From: Eledone cirrhosa
Taxonomy: Eukaryota
Assembly: GCA_964016885.1 (NCBI GenBank)
Contig: OZ024744.1
Span: forward strand, 43,338,001-43,402,000
Direction: 5' to 3'
Length of the DNA stretch: 64,000 nt
In this document: positions 1 to 13,314 of the stretch, in pieces
How positions within the stretch are numbered: position 1 is the stretch's first letter
How the letters are laid out: each line of letters starts with the position of its first letter
The notes under the pieces: model-generated
The model's input: only the letters and a program-made list of their open reading frames with translations
Told to the model about the DNA's origin: nothing
Database searches by the model: none
Translations under genes and position numbers: made by a program

Positions 1-244
1 TGGATTAAATGCTCTGAAATAGCGATATATATGTGAAGATAGACATGATATGTGAAGATTTCTAATGAGAATGAAACGCGTAGGTTACTTCCCTTGCTTT
101 TATCGAGAATCTAATTGTAATACGTGACGTATTCTATTCTATAGCGATTAGGTCTTCAAAATGTTTATTTAAACATACAGAATATTTTCGAATATTCTAT
201 GTCTATCTTCACATATATATCGCTATTTCAGAGCATTTAATCCA
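1..244 (-). mobile_element. Partial copy (cut by window edge) of the ~520 bp fold-back hammerhead element
   Basis: Matches 9483-9726; followed by (TA)n and the monomer start. Confidence 0.9.
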
Positions 245-328
245 TTATATATATATATATATTTATATTTAGAGAGAATGGATAAATTACTGAATAACTT
301 ATTAGATGATGTTCAAACTATAACTTAC

Positions 329-388
329 TCTTTTTAGTTGATTTTGGCTCCATTGAAGCAATGCGAGGGGACTGTGTAATATGGTCAC
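329..388 (-). CDS. Exon type A (60 nt, phase 1-1), first copy: xDHITQSPRIASMEPKSTKK
   Basis: Minus strand tatatattctag|GTGACCATATTACACAGTCCCCTCGCATTGCTTCAATGGAGCCAAAATCAACTAAAAAGA|gtaagtt. Confidence 0.8.
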
Positions 389-2009
389 CTAGAATATATA
401 AACAAAACATAGTAAACCTACATGTATATATACAAATAACATTACAAATACAGGAAACAGTTATTAGATTCATTATCTCTGATATATACATATATACACC
501 AGGTCCAAACATATATGGACCAAACTCCCACTGCCACTGTCATTTATATATATATATTTATATATAGTGAAAGGATTCAGGACGCCAACTACTTAGATCC
601 GTAAATATACATTTACTACTAAATTTTCTATAATCATGGCAACAGTCCTAATAAAGCAAATTCATTCTTACATACACACGCACAGAGATTGCACACACAC
701 AAACTCACACTCACACAAACACAAACAGAGCTCACACACACTCAAAAAAGCATCACCGGTGAAACACACCCAAACAGGTACACAATGAATTAATATACAA
801 CCCAATATACCTATATGTATACATCAACATACACATAATACCAACATCACTTCACTTATATATGTACATACAATTTTATTCAATAGGTCCACCTAACACA
901 TTACATAAACTTAGAATGTATACAAATATACAATATAACGTCAATTTGATATTAATGTTGAAACACGTGTAATAGTTTTCTGTACTAACTGGTAGGAATG
1001 GGTTTGAAATACAACTTACTTTCTTTTGATCCACCTCTTATGTGTGTGCCTGAGTCAGAGACAAGGATCTCTACAGGAGTCACACCTGGAAAAAATATAC
1101 AGAAGAAAAGAATAATAAAAGCTAGAAGGCTTTCTTGAGAAGAGTTTGTTGTCAAGTTGAAGAAAGGGTAGAATGAGTTGTCATTTGTTTAATCAACTAG
1201 ATCAAATTATACGGTTTGATCTCTCAAGGACATGCTTACTTTTCCCACAAATCTAAAACTTCCAAAAAGAGTAAAGTGTGGTTAGTCATATTTGGGATGT
1301 CTTGAATTATGAGAGAAACATTCTACAGTTTCCTACTGGTCCTTAAAATCAGATTTATATAGTGGTTTACCAAATATTTAGGGTACTGGCAGATATAGTG
1401 GAGAAGAGGATGTAGCATATGAACAATGAAGGGTGACAAGAAATTGTGAAGAACTGTAGGATAAAATCTTGATAAAGAACAGAATACTGATCTCTGAAAT
1501 AATTCAATCTAACTCAATGAATCTAGTGTAACATTTATCTTCTCATTTGAATCACATGTAATGTCATTCTTTCTCAGTTATCTCTGATAATGCCCTAAAA
1601 AAGTCTAGCTATACTTTTGTCATCATTAAAAGGTCTTTGAGGAAGTCAATAAAATGTTTATTCTGGATTATTTTATGGAGGTTGTAATAGAGAGTTTGAT
1701 ATTGTTGACTGAATTAAGTAGTTATAAATTTACTGTTGAAAACCTAAATAAGTTACTGAATAACTTATTACATGATGTTTAAATTATAACTTACGCTTTT
1801 GAGAAGTTTCAGGCTTCATTGCAGCACTGGGAGGGTACACGGTAATATGGTCACCTAGAATATATAAACAACATCATAGTAAACCTACATGTATATATAT
1901 AAAAAACATTACAAATACATGGAATCAGTTATTAGATTGATTATCTCTGATATATAGATATATACACCAGGTGCAAAGACATATGGACCAAACTCCCACT
2001 GTCCCTCGC

Positions 2010-2074
<65 letters not shown>

Positions 2075-3810
2075 GAGAGAATGGATAAATTACTGAATAA
2101 CTTATTAGGTGATGTTCAAACTATAACTTACTCTTTTTAGTTGATTTTGGCTCCATTGAAGCAATGCGAGGGGACTGTGTAATATGGTCACCTAGAATAT
2201 ATAAACAAAATCATAGTAAACCTACATGTATATATACAAATAACATTACAAATACAGGAAACAGTTATTAGATTCATTATCTCTGATATATACATATATA
2301 CACCAGGTCCAAACATATATGGACCAAACTCCCACTGCCACTGCCATTTATATATATATATTTATATATAGTGAAAGGATTCAGGACGCCAACTACTTAG
2401 ATCCGTAAATATACATTTACTACTAAATTTTCTATAATCATGGCAACAGTCCTAATAAAGCAAATTCATTCTTACATACACACGCACAGAGATTGCACAC
2501 ACACAAACACACACTCACACAAACACAAACAGAGCTCACACACACTCAAAAAAGCATCACCGGTGAAACACACCCAAACAGGTACACAATGAATTAATAT
2601 ACAACCCAATATACCTATATGTATACATCAACATACACATAATACCAACATCACTTCACTTATATATGTACATACAATTTTATTCAATAGGCCCACCTAA
2701 CACATTACATAAACTTAGAATGTATACAAATATACAATATAACGTCAATTTGATATTAATGTTGAAACACGTGTAATAGTTTTCTGTACTAACTGGTAGG
2801 AATGGGTTTGAAATACAACTTACTTTCTTTTGATCCACCTCTTATGTGTGTGCCTGAGTCAGAGACACGGATCTCTACAGGAGTCACACCTGGAAAAAAT
2901 ATACAGAAGAAAAGAATAATAAAAGCTAGAAGGCTTTCTTGAGAAGAGTTTGTTGTCAAGTTGAAGAAAGGGTAGAATGAGTTGTCATTTGTTTAATCAA
3001 CTAGATCAAATTATACGGTTTGATCTCTCAAGGACATGCTTACTTTTCCCACAAATCTAAAACTTCCAAAAAGAGTAAAGTGTGGTTAGTCATATTTGGG
3101 ATGTCTTGAATTATGAGAGAAACATTCTACAGTTTCCTACTGGTCCTTAAAATCAGATTTATATAGTGGTTTACCAAATATTTAGGGTACTGGCAGATAT
3201 AGTGGAGAAGAGGATGCAGCATATGAACAATGAAGGGTGACAAGAAATTGTGAAGAACTGTAGGATAAAATCTTGATAAAGAAGAGAATACTGATCTCTG
3301 AAATAATTCAATCTAACTCAATGAATCTAGTGTAACATTTATCTTCTCATTTGAATCACATGTAATGTCATTCTTTCTCAGTTATCTCTGATAATGCCCT
3401 AAAAAAGTCTAGCTATACTTTTGTCATCATTAAAAGGTCTTTGAGGAAGTCAATAAAATGTTTATTCTGGATTATTTTATGGAGGTTGTAATAGAGAGTT
3501 TGATATTGTTGACTGAATTAAGTAGTTATAAATTTACTGTTGAAAACCTAAATAAGTTACTGAATAACTTATTACATGATGTTTAAATTATAACTTACGC
3601 TTTTGAGAAGTTTCAGGCTTCATTGCAGCACTGGGAGGGTACACGGTAATATGGTCACCTAGAATATATAAACAACATCATAGTAAACCTACATGTATAT
3701 ATATAAAAAACATTACAAATACATGGAATCAGTTATTAGATTGATTATCTCTGATATATAGATATATACACCAGGTGCAAAGACATATGGACCAAACTCC
3801 CACTGTCCCT

Positions 3811-3870
<60 letters not shown>

Positions 3871-5596
3871 GAGAGAATGGATAAATTACTGAATAACTTA
3901 TTAGGTGATGTTCAAACTATAACTTACCCTTTTTAGTTGATTTTGCCTCCATTGAAGCAATGCGAGGGGACTGTGTAATATGGTCACCTAGAATATATAA
4001 ACAAAATCATAGTAAACCTACATGTATATATACAAATAACATTACAAATACAGGAAACAGTTATTAGATTTATTATCTCTGATATATACATATATACACC
4101 AGGTCCAAACATATATGGACCAAACTCCTACTGCCACTGCCATTTATATATATATATTTATATATAGTGAAAGGATTCAGGACGCCAACTACTTAGATCC
4201 GTAAATATACATTTACTACTAAATTTTCTATAATCATGGCAACAGTCCTAACAAAGCAAATATATTCTTACCTACTTGCACACTCACAAACTCACACTCA
4301 CACAAACACAAACAGGGCTCACACACACTCAAAAAAGCATCACCGGTGAAACACACCCAAACAGGTACACAATGAATTAATATACAACCCAATATACCTA
4401 TATGTATACATCAACATACACATAATACCAACATCACTTCACTTATATATGTACACACAATTTTATTCAATAGGTTCACCATACACATTACATAAACTTC
4501 CATGTATACAAATATACAATATAACGTAAATTTGATATTAATGTTGAAACATGTGTAATAGTTTTCTGTACTAACTGGTAGGAATGGGTTTGAAATACAA
4601 CTTACTTTCTTTTGATCCACCTGTTATGTATGTGCCTGAGTCAGAGACAAGGATCTCTACAGGAGTCACACCTGGAAAAAAATATACAGAAGAAAAGAAT
4701 AATAAAAGCTAGAAGGCTTTCTTGAGAAGAGTTTGTTGTCAAGTTGAAGAAAGGGTAGAATGAGTTGTCATTTGTTTAATCAACTAGATCAAATTATACG
4801 GTTTGATCTCTCAAGGACATGCTTACTTTTCCCACAAATCTAAAACTTCCAAAAAGAGTAAAGTGTGGTTAGTCATATTTGGGATGTCTTGAATTATGAG
4901 AGAAACATTCTACAGTTTCCTACTGGTCCTTAAAATCAGATTTATATAGTGGTTTACCAAATATTTAGGGTACTGGCAGATATAGTGGAGAAGAGGATGT
5001 AGCATATGAACAATGAAGGGTGACAAGAAATTGTGAAGAACTGTAGGATAAAATCTTGATAAAGAACAGAATACTGATCTCTGAAATAATTCAATCTAAC
5101 TCAATGAATCTAGTGTAACATTTATCTTCTCATTTGAATCACATGTAATGTCATTCTTTCTCAGTTATCTCTGATAATGCCCTAAAAAAGTCTAGCTATA
5201 CTTTTGTCATCATTAAAAGGTCTTTGAGGAAGTCAATAAAATGTTTATTCTGGATTATTTTATGGAGGTTGTAATAGAGAGTTTGATATTGTTGACTGAA
5301 TTAAGTAGTTATAAATTTACTGTTGAAAACCTAAATAAGTTACTGAATAACTTATTACATGATGTTTAAATTATAACTTACGCTTTTGAGAAGTTTCAGG
5401 CTTCATTGCAGCACTGGGAGGGTACACGGTAATATGGTCACCTAGAATATATAAACAACATCATAGTAAACCTACATGTATATATATAAAAAACATTACA
5501 AATACATGGAATCAGTTATTAGATTGATTATCTCTGATATATAGATATATACACCAGGTGCAAAGACATATGGACCAAACTCCCACTGTCCCTCGC

Positions 5597-5661
<65 letters not shown>

Positions 5662-7397
5662 GAGAGAATGGATAAATTACTGAATAACTTATTAGGTGAT
5701 GTTCAAACTATAACTTACTCTTTTTAGTTGATTTTGGCTCCATTGAAGCAATGCGAGGGGACTGTGTAATATGGTCACCTAGAATATATAAACAAAATCA
5801 TAGTAAACCTACATGTATATATACAAATAACATTACAAATACAGGAAACAGTTATTAGATTCATTATCTCTGATATATACATATATACACCAGGTCCAAA
5901 CATATATGGACCAAACTCCCACTGCCACTGCCATTTATATATATATATTTATATATAGTGAAAGGATTCAGGACGCCAACTACTTAGATCCGTAAATATA
6001 CATTTACTACTAAATTTTCTATAATCATGGCAACAGTCCTAATAAAGCAAATTCATTCTTACATACACACGCACAGAGATTGCACACACACAAACTCACA
6101 CTCACACAAACACAAACAGAGCTCACACACACTCAAAAAAGCATCACCGGTGAAACACACCCAAACAGGTACACAATGAATTAATATACAACCCAATATA
6201 CCTATATGTATACATCAACATACACATAATACCAACATCACTTCACTTATATATGTACATACAATTTTATTCAATAGGCCCACCTAACACATTACATAAA
6301 CTTAGAATGTATACAAATATACAATATAACGTCAATTTGATATTAATGTTGAAACACGTGTAATAGTTTTCTGTACTAACTGGTAGGAATGGGTTTGAAA
6401 TACAACTTACTTTCTTTTGATCCACCTCTTATGTGTGTGCCTGAGTCAGAGACACGGATCTCTACAGGAGTCACACCTGGAAAAAATATACAGAAGAAAA
6501 GAATAATAAAAGCTAGAAGGCTTTCTTGAGAAGAGTTTGTTGTCAAGTTGAAGAAAGGGTAGAATGAGTTGTCATTTGTTTAATCAACTAGATCAAATTA
6601 TACGGTTTGATCTCTCAAGGACATGCTTACTTTTCCCACAAATCTAAAACTTCCAAAAAGAGTAAAGTGTGGTTAGTCATATTTGGGATGTCTTGAATTA
6701 TGAGAGAAACATTCTACAGTTTCCTACTGGTCCTTAAAATCAGATTTATATAGTGGTTTACCAAATATTTAGGGTACTGGCAGATATAGTGGAGAAGAGG
6801 ATGCAGCATATGAACAATGAAGGGTGACAAGAAATTGTGAAGAACTGTAGGATAAAATCTTGATAAAGAAGAGAATACTGATCTCTGAAATAATTCAATC
6901 TAACTCAATGAATCTAGTGTAACATTTATCTTCTCATTTGAATCACATGTAATGTCATTCTTTCTCAGTTATCTCTGATAATGCCCTAAAAAAGTCTAGC
7001 TATACTTTTGTCATCATTAAAAGGTCTTTGAGGAAGTCAATAAAATGTTTATTCTGGATTATTTTATGGAGGTTGTAATAGAGAGTTTGATATTGTTGAC
7101 TGAATTAAGTAGTTATAAATTTACTGTTGAAAACCTAAATAAGTTACTGAATAACTTATTACATGATGTTTAAATTATAACTTACGCTTTTGAGAAGTTT
7201 CAGGCTTCATTGCAGCACTGGGAGGGTACACGGTAATATGGTCACCTAGAATATATAAACAACATCATAGTAAACCTACATGTATATATATAAAAAACAT
7301 TACAAATACATGGAATCAGTTATTAGATTGATTATCTCTGATATATAGATATATACACCAGGTGCAAAGACATATGGACCAAACTCCCACTGTCCCT

Positions 7398-7457
<60 letters not shown>

Positions 7458-10400
7458 GAGAGAATGGATAAATTACTGAATAACTTATTAGGTGATGTTC
7501 AAACTATAACTTACCCTTTTTAGTTGATTTTGCCTCCATTGAAGCAATGCGAGGGGACTGTGTAATATGGTCACCTAGAATATATAAACAAAATCATAGT
7601 AAACCTACATGTATATATACAAATAACATTACAAATACAGGAAACAGTTATTAGATTTATTATCTCTGATATATACATATATACACCAGGTCCAAACATA
7701 TATGGACCAAACTCCTACTGCCACTGCCATTTATATATATATATTTATATATAGTGAAAGGATTCAGGACGCCAACTACTTAGATCCGTAAATATACATT
7801 TACTACTAAATTTTCTATAATCATGGCAACAGTCCTAACAAAGCAAATATATTCTTACCTACTTGCACACTCACAAACTCACACTCACACAAACACAAAC
7901 AGGGCTCACACACACTCAAAAAAGCATCACCGGTGAAACACACCCAAACAGGTACACAATGAATTAATATACAACCCAATATACCTATATGTATACATCA
8001 ACATACACATAATACCAACATCACTTCACTTATATATGTACACACAATTTTATTCAATAGGTTCACCATACACATTACATAAACTTCCATGTATACAAAT
8101 ATACAATATAACGTAAATTTGATATTAATGTTGAAACATGTGTAATAGTTTTCTGTACTAACTGGTAGGAATGGGTTTGAAATACAACTTACTTTCTTTT
8201 GATCCACCTGTTATGTATGTGCCTGAGTCAGAGACAAGGATCTCTACAGGAGTCACACCTGGAAAAAAATATACAGAAGAAAAGAATAATAAAAGCTAGA
8301 AGGCTTTCTTGAGAAGAGTTTGTTGTCAAGTTGAAGAAAGGGTAGAATGAGTTGTCATTTGTTTAATCAACTAGATCAAATTATACGGTTTGTTCTCTCA
8401 AGGACATGCTTACTTTTCCCACAAATCTAAAACTTCCAAAAGGAGTAAAGTGTGGTTAGTCATATGTGGGCTGTCTTGAATTATGAGAGAAACATTCTAC
8501 AGTTTCCTACTGGTCCTTAAAATCAGATTTATATAGTGGTTTACCAAATATTTAGGGTACTGGCAGATGTAGTGGAGAAGAGGATGCAGCGTATGAACAA
8601 TGAAGGGTGACAAGAAATTGGGAAGAAATGTAGGACAAAGTTTTGATAAAGAAGAGAATACTGATCTCTGAAATAATTCAAACTACCTCAATGAATCTTG
8701 TGCAACATTTATCTTCTCATTTGAATCACATGTAATGTCATTCTTTCTCAGCTATCTCTGATAATGCCCTAAAAAAGTCTAGCTATACTTTTGTCATCAT
8801 TACAAGGTCTTTGAGGAAGTCAATAAAATGTTTATTCTGGATTATTTTATGGAGGTTGTAATACAGAGTTTGATATTGTTGACTGAATTAAGTAGTTATG
8901 AATTTACTGTTGAAAACCTAAATAAGTTACTGAATAACTTATTACATGATGTTTAAATTATAACTTACTCTTTTGAGTAGTTTCAGGCTTCATTGCAACA
9001 CTGGGAGGGTACACGGTAATATGGTCACCTAGAATATATAAACAACATCATAGTAAACCTACATGTATATATACAAATAACATTACAAATACATGGAATC
9101 AGTTATTAGATTGATTATCTCTGATAAATACATATATACAACAGGTGCAAACACATAGGGACCAAAGTCCCACTGTCCCTCGCATATATATATATATATA
9201 TATATATGAAGATAGACATAGAATATTCGAAAATATTCTGTATGTTTAAATAAACATTTTGAAGACCTAATCGCTATAGAATAGAATACGTCACGTATTA
9301 CAATTAGATTCTCGATAAAAGCAAGGGAAGTAACCTACGCGTTTCATTCTCATTAGAAATCTTCAGGATTACATATCCAGTGCTTTTATCGAGAATGACA
9401 CAGCTAGAGACTTATAGAATACTTAGCTGTGTACAGGAACTGGTTTGAAAGAGCGGTTGCCGGTCCGGCAGAAATTAGAAATTGGATTAAATGCTCTGAA
9501 ATAGCGATATATATGTGAAGATAGACATGATATGTGAAGATTTCTAATGAGAATGAAACGCGTAGGTTACTTCCCTTGCTTTTATCGAGAATCTAATTGT
9601 AATACGTGACGTATTCTATTCTATAGCGATTAGGTCTTCAAAATGTTTATTTAAACATACAGAATATTTTCGAATATTCTATGTCTATCTTCACATATAT
9701 ATCGCTATTTCAGAGCATTTAATCCATTATATATATATATATATTTATATATAGAGAGAATGGATAAATTACTGAATAACTTATTAGATGATGTTCAAAC
9801 TATAACTTACTCTTTTTAGTTGATTTTGGCTCCATTGAAGCAATGCGAGGGGACTGTGTAATATGGTCACCTAGAATATATAAACAAAATCATAGTAAAC
9901 CTACATGTATATATACAAATAACATTACAAATACAGGAAACAGTTATTAGATTCATTATCTCTGATATATACATATATACACCAGGTCCAAACATATATG
10001 GACCAAACTCCCACTGCCACTGCCATTTATATATATATATTTATATATAGTGAAAGGATTCAGGACGCCAACTACTTAGATCCGTAAATATACATTTACT
10101 ACTAAATTTTCTATAATCATGGCAACAGTCCTAATAAAGCAAATTCATTCTTACATACACACGCACAGAGATTGCACACACACAAACTCACACTCACACA
10201 AACACAAACAGAGCTCACACACACTCAAAAAAGCATCACCGGTGAAACACACCCAAACAGGTACACAATGAATTAATATACAACCCAATATACCTATATG
10301 TATACATCAACATACACATAATACCAACATCACTTCACTTATATATGTACATACAATTTTATTCAATAGGCCCACCTAACACATTACATAAACTTAGAAT

Positions 10401-11490
10401 GTATACAAATATACAATATAACGTCAATTTGATATTAATGTTGAAACACGTGTAATAGTTTTCTGTACTAACTGGTAGGAATGGGTTTGAAATACAACTT
10501 ACTTTCTTTTGATCCACCTCTTATGTGTGTGCCTGAGTCAGAGACAAGGATCTCTACAGGAGTCACACCTGGAAAAAAATATACAGAAGAAAAGAATAAT
10601 AAAAGCTAGAAGGCTTTCTTGAGAAGAGTTTGTTGTCAAGTTGAAGAAAGGGTAGAATGAGTTGTCATTTGTTTAATCAACTAGATCAAATTATACGGTT
10701 TGATCTCTCAAGGACATGCTTACTTTTCCCACAAATCTAAAACTTCCAAAAAGAGTAAAGTGTGGTTAGTCATATTTGGGATGTCTTGAATTATGAGAGA
10801 AACATTCTACAGTTTCCTACTGGTCCTTAAAATCAGATTTATATAGTGGTTTACCAAATATTTAGGGTACTGGCAGATATAGCGGAGAAGAGGATGCAGC
10901 ATATGAACAATGAAGGGTGACAAGAAATTGTGAAGAACTGTAGGATAAAATCTTGATAAAGAAGAGAATACTGATCTCTGAAATAATTCAATCTAACTCA
11001 ATGAATCTAGTGTAACATTTATCTTCTCATTTGAATCACATGTAATGTCATTCTTTCTCAGTTATCTCTGATAATGCCCTAAAAAAGTCTAGCTATACTT
11101 TTGTCATCATTAAAAGGTCTTTGAGGAAGTCAATAAAATGTTTATTCTGGATTATTTTATGGAGGTTGTAATAGAGAGTTTGATATTGTTGACTGAATTA
11201 AGTAGTTATAAATTTACTGTTGAAAACCTAAATAAGTTACTGAATAACTTATTACATGATGTTTAAATTATAACTTACGCTTTTGAGAAGTTTCAGGCTT
11301 CATTGCAGCACTGGGAGGGTACACGGTAATATGGTCACCTAGAATATATAAACAACATCATAGTAAACCTACATGTATATATATAAAAAACATTACAAAT
11401 ACATGGAATCAGTTATTAGATTGATTATCTCTGATATATAGATATATACACCAGGTGCAAAGACATATGGACCAAACTCCCACTGTCCCT

Positions 11491-11550
<60 letters not shown>

Positions 11551-13274
11551 GAGAGAATGGATAAATTACTGAATAACTTATTAGGTGATGTTCAAACTAT
11601 AACTTACCCTTTTTAGTTGATTTTGCCTCCATTGAAGCAATGCGAGGGGACTGTGTAATATGGTCACCTAGAATATATAAACAAAATCATAGTAAACCTA
11701 CATGTATATATACAAATAACATTACAAATACAGGAAACAGTTATTAGATTTATTATCTCTGATATATACATATATACACCAGGTCCAAACATATATGGAC
11801 CAAACTCCTACTGCCACTGCCATTTATATATATATATTTATATATAGTGAAAGGATTCAGGACGCCAACTACTTAGATCCGTAAATATACATTTACTACT
11901 AAATTTTCTATAATCATGGCAACAGTCCTAACAAAGCAAATATATTCTTACCTACTTGCACACTCACAAACTCACACTCACACAAACACAAACAGGGCTC
12001 ACACACACTCAAAAAAGCATCACCGGTGAAACACACCCAAACAGGTACACAATGAATTAATATACAACCCAATATACCTATATGTATACATCAACATACA
12101 CATAATACCAACATCACTTCACTTATATATGTACACACAATTTTATTCAATAGGTCCACCATACACATTACATAAACTTAGAATGTATACAAATATACAA
12201 TATAACGTAAATTTGATATTAATGTTGAAACATGTGTAATAGTTTTCTGTACTAACTGGTAGGAATGGGTTTGAAATACAACTTACTTTCTTTTGATCCA
12301 CCTGTTATGTATGTGCCTGAGTCAGAGACAAGGATCTCTACAGGAGTCACACCTGGAAAAAAATATACAGAAGAAAAGAATAATAAAAGCTAGAAGGCTT
12401 TCTTGAGAAGAGTTTGTTGTCAAGTTGAAGAAAGGGTAGAATGAGTTGTCATTTGTTTAATCAACTAGATCAAATTATACGGTTTGTTCTCTCAAGGACA
12501 TGCTTACTTTTCCCACAAATCTAAAACTTCCAAAAGGAGTAAAGTGTGGTTAGTCATATGTGGGCTGTCTTGAATTATGAGAGAAACATTCTACAGTTTC
12601 CTACTGGTCCTTAAAATCAGATTTATATAGTGGTTTACCAAATATTTAGGGTACTGGCAGATGTAGTGGAGAAGAGGATGCAGCGTATGAACAATGAAGG
12701 GTGACAAGAAATTGGGAAGAAATGTAGGACAAAGTTTTGATAAAGAAGAGAATACTGATCTCTGAAATAATTCAAACTACCTCAATGAATCTTGTGCAAC
12801 ATTTATCTTCTCATTTGAATCACATGTAATGTCATTCTTTCTCAGCTATCTCTGATAATGCCCTAAAAAAGTCTAGCTATACTTTTGTCATCATTACAAG
12901 GTCTTTGAGGAAGTCAATAAAATGTTTATTCTGGATTATTTTATGGAGGTTGTAATACAGAGTTTGATATTGTTGACTGAATTAAGTAGTTATGAATTTA
13001 CTGTTGAAAACCTAAATAAGTTACTGAATAACTTATTACATGATGTTTAAATTATAACTTACTCTTTTGAGTAGTTTCAGGCTTCATTGCAGCACTGGGA
13101 GGGTACACGGTAATATGGTCACCTAGAATATATAAACAACATCATAGTAAACCTACATGTATATATACAAATAACATTACAAATACATGGAATCAGTTAT
13201 TAGATTGATTATCTCTGATAAATACATATATACAACAGGTGCAAACACATAGGGACCAAAGTCCCACTGTCCCT

Positions 13275-13314
<40 letters not shown>

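Noticed and set aside
318-567. Short ORFs 318-512(-) and 361-567(+), and the recurring 61-84 aa ORFs in the monomers (4411, 7998, 20267, 27761, 39777, 41049, 44580, 49913, 54631, 56396, 59922, 61022, 63466)
   Set aside because: Present only in some monomers, run through TA/CA low-complexity sequence and are broken by indels in sister copies. Only the 60-nt exon inside 318-512 is credible.
660-1345. Extra minus-strand donor-like sites (GTAAGA ~666-671, GTAAGC ~1234-1239) suggesting a fourth exon
   Set aside because: No consistent strong acceptor at a frame-preserving distance, and the regions carry 2-, 6- and 10-bp indels among copies.
9207-9726. Interpretation as a MITE/DNA transposon with long TIRs and TA TSD
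   Set aside because: Arms are asymmetric (one extends 33 nt further and matches internal sequence), and there is a permuted direct repeat and a hammerhead, all fitting PLE-type retrotransposition with 5' inversion.
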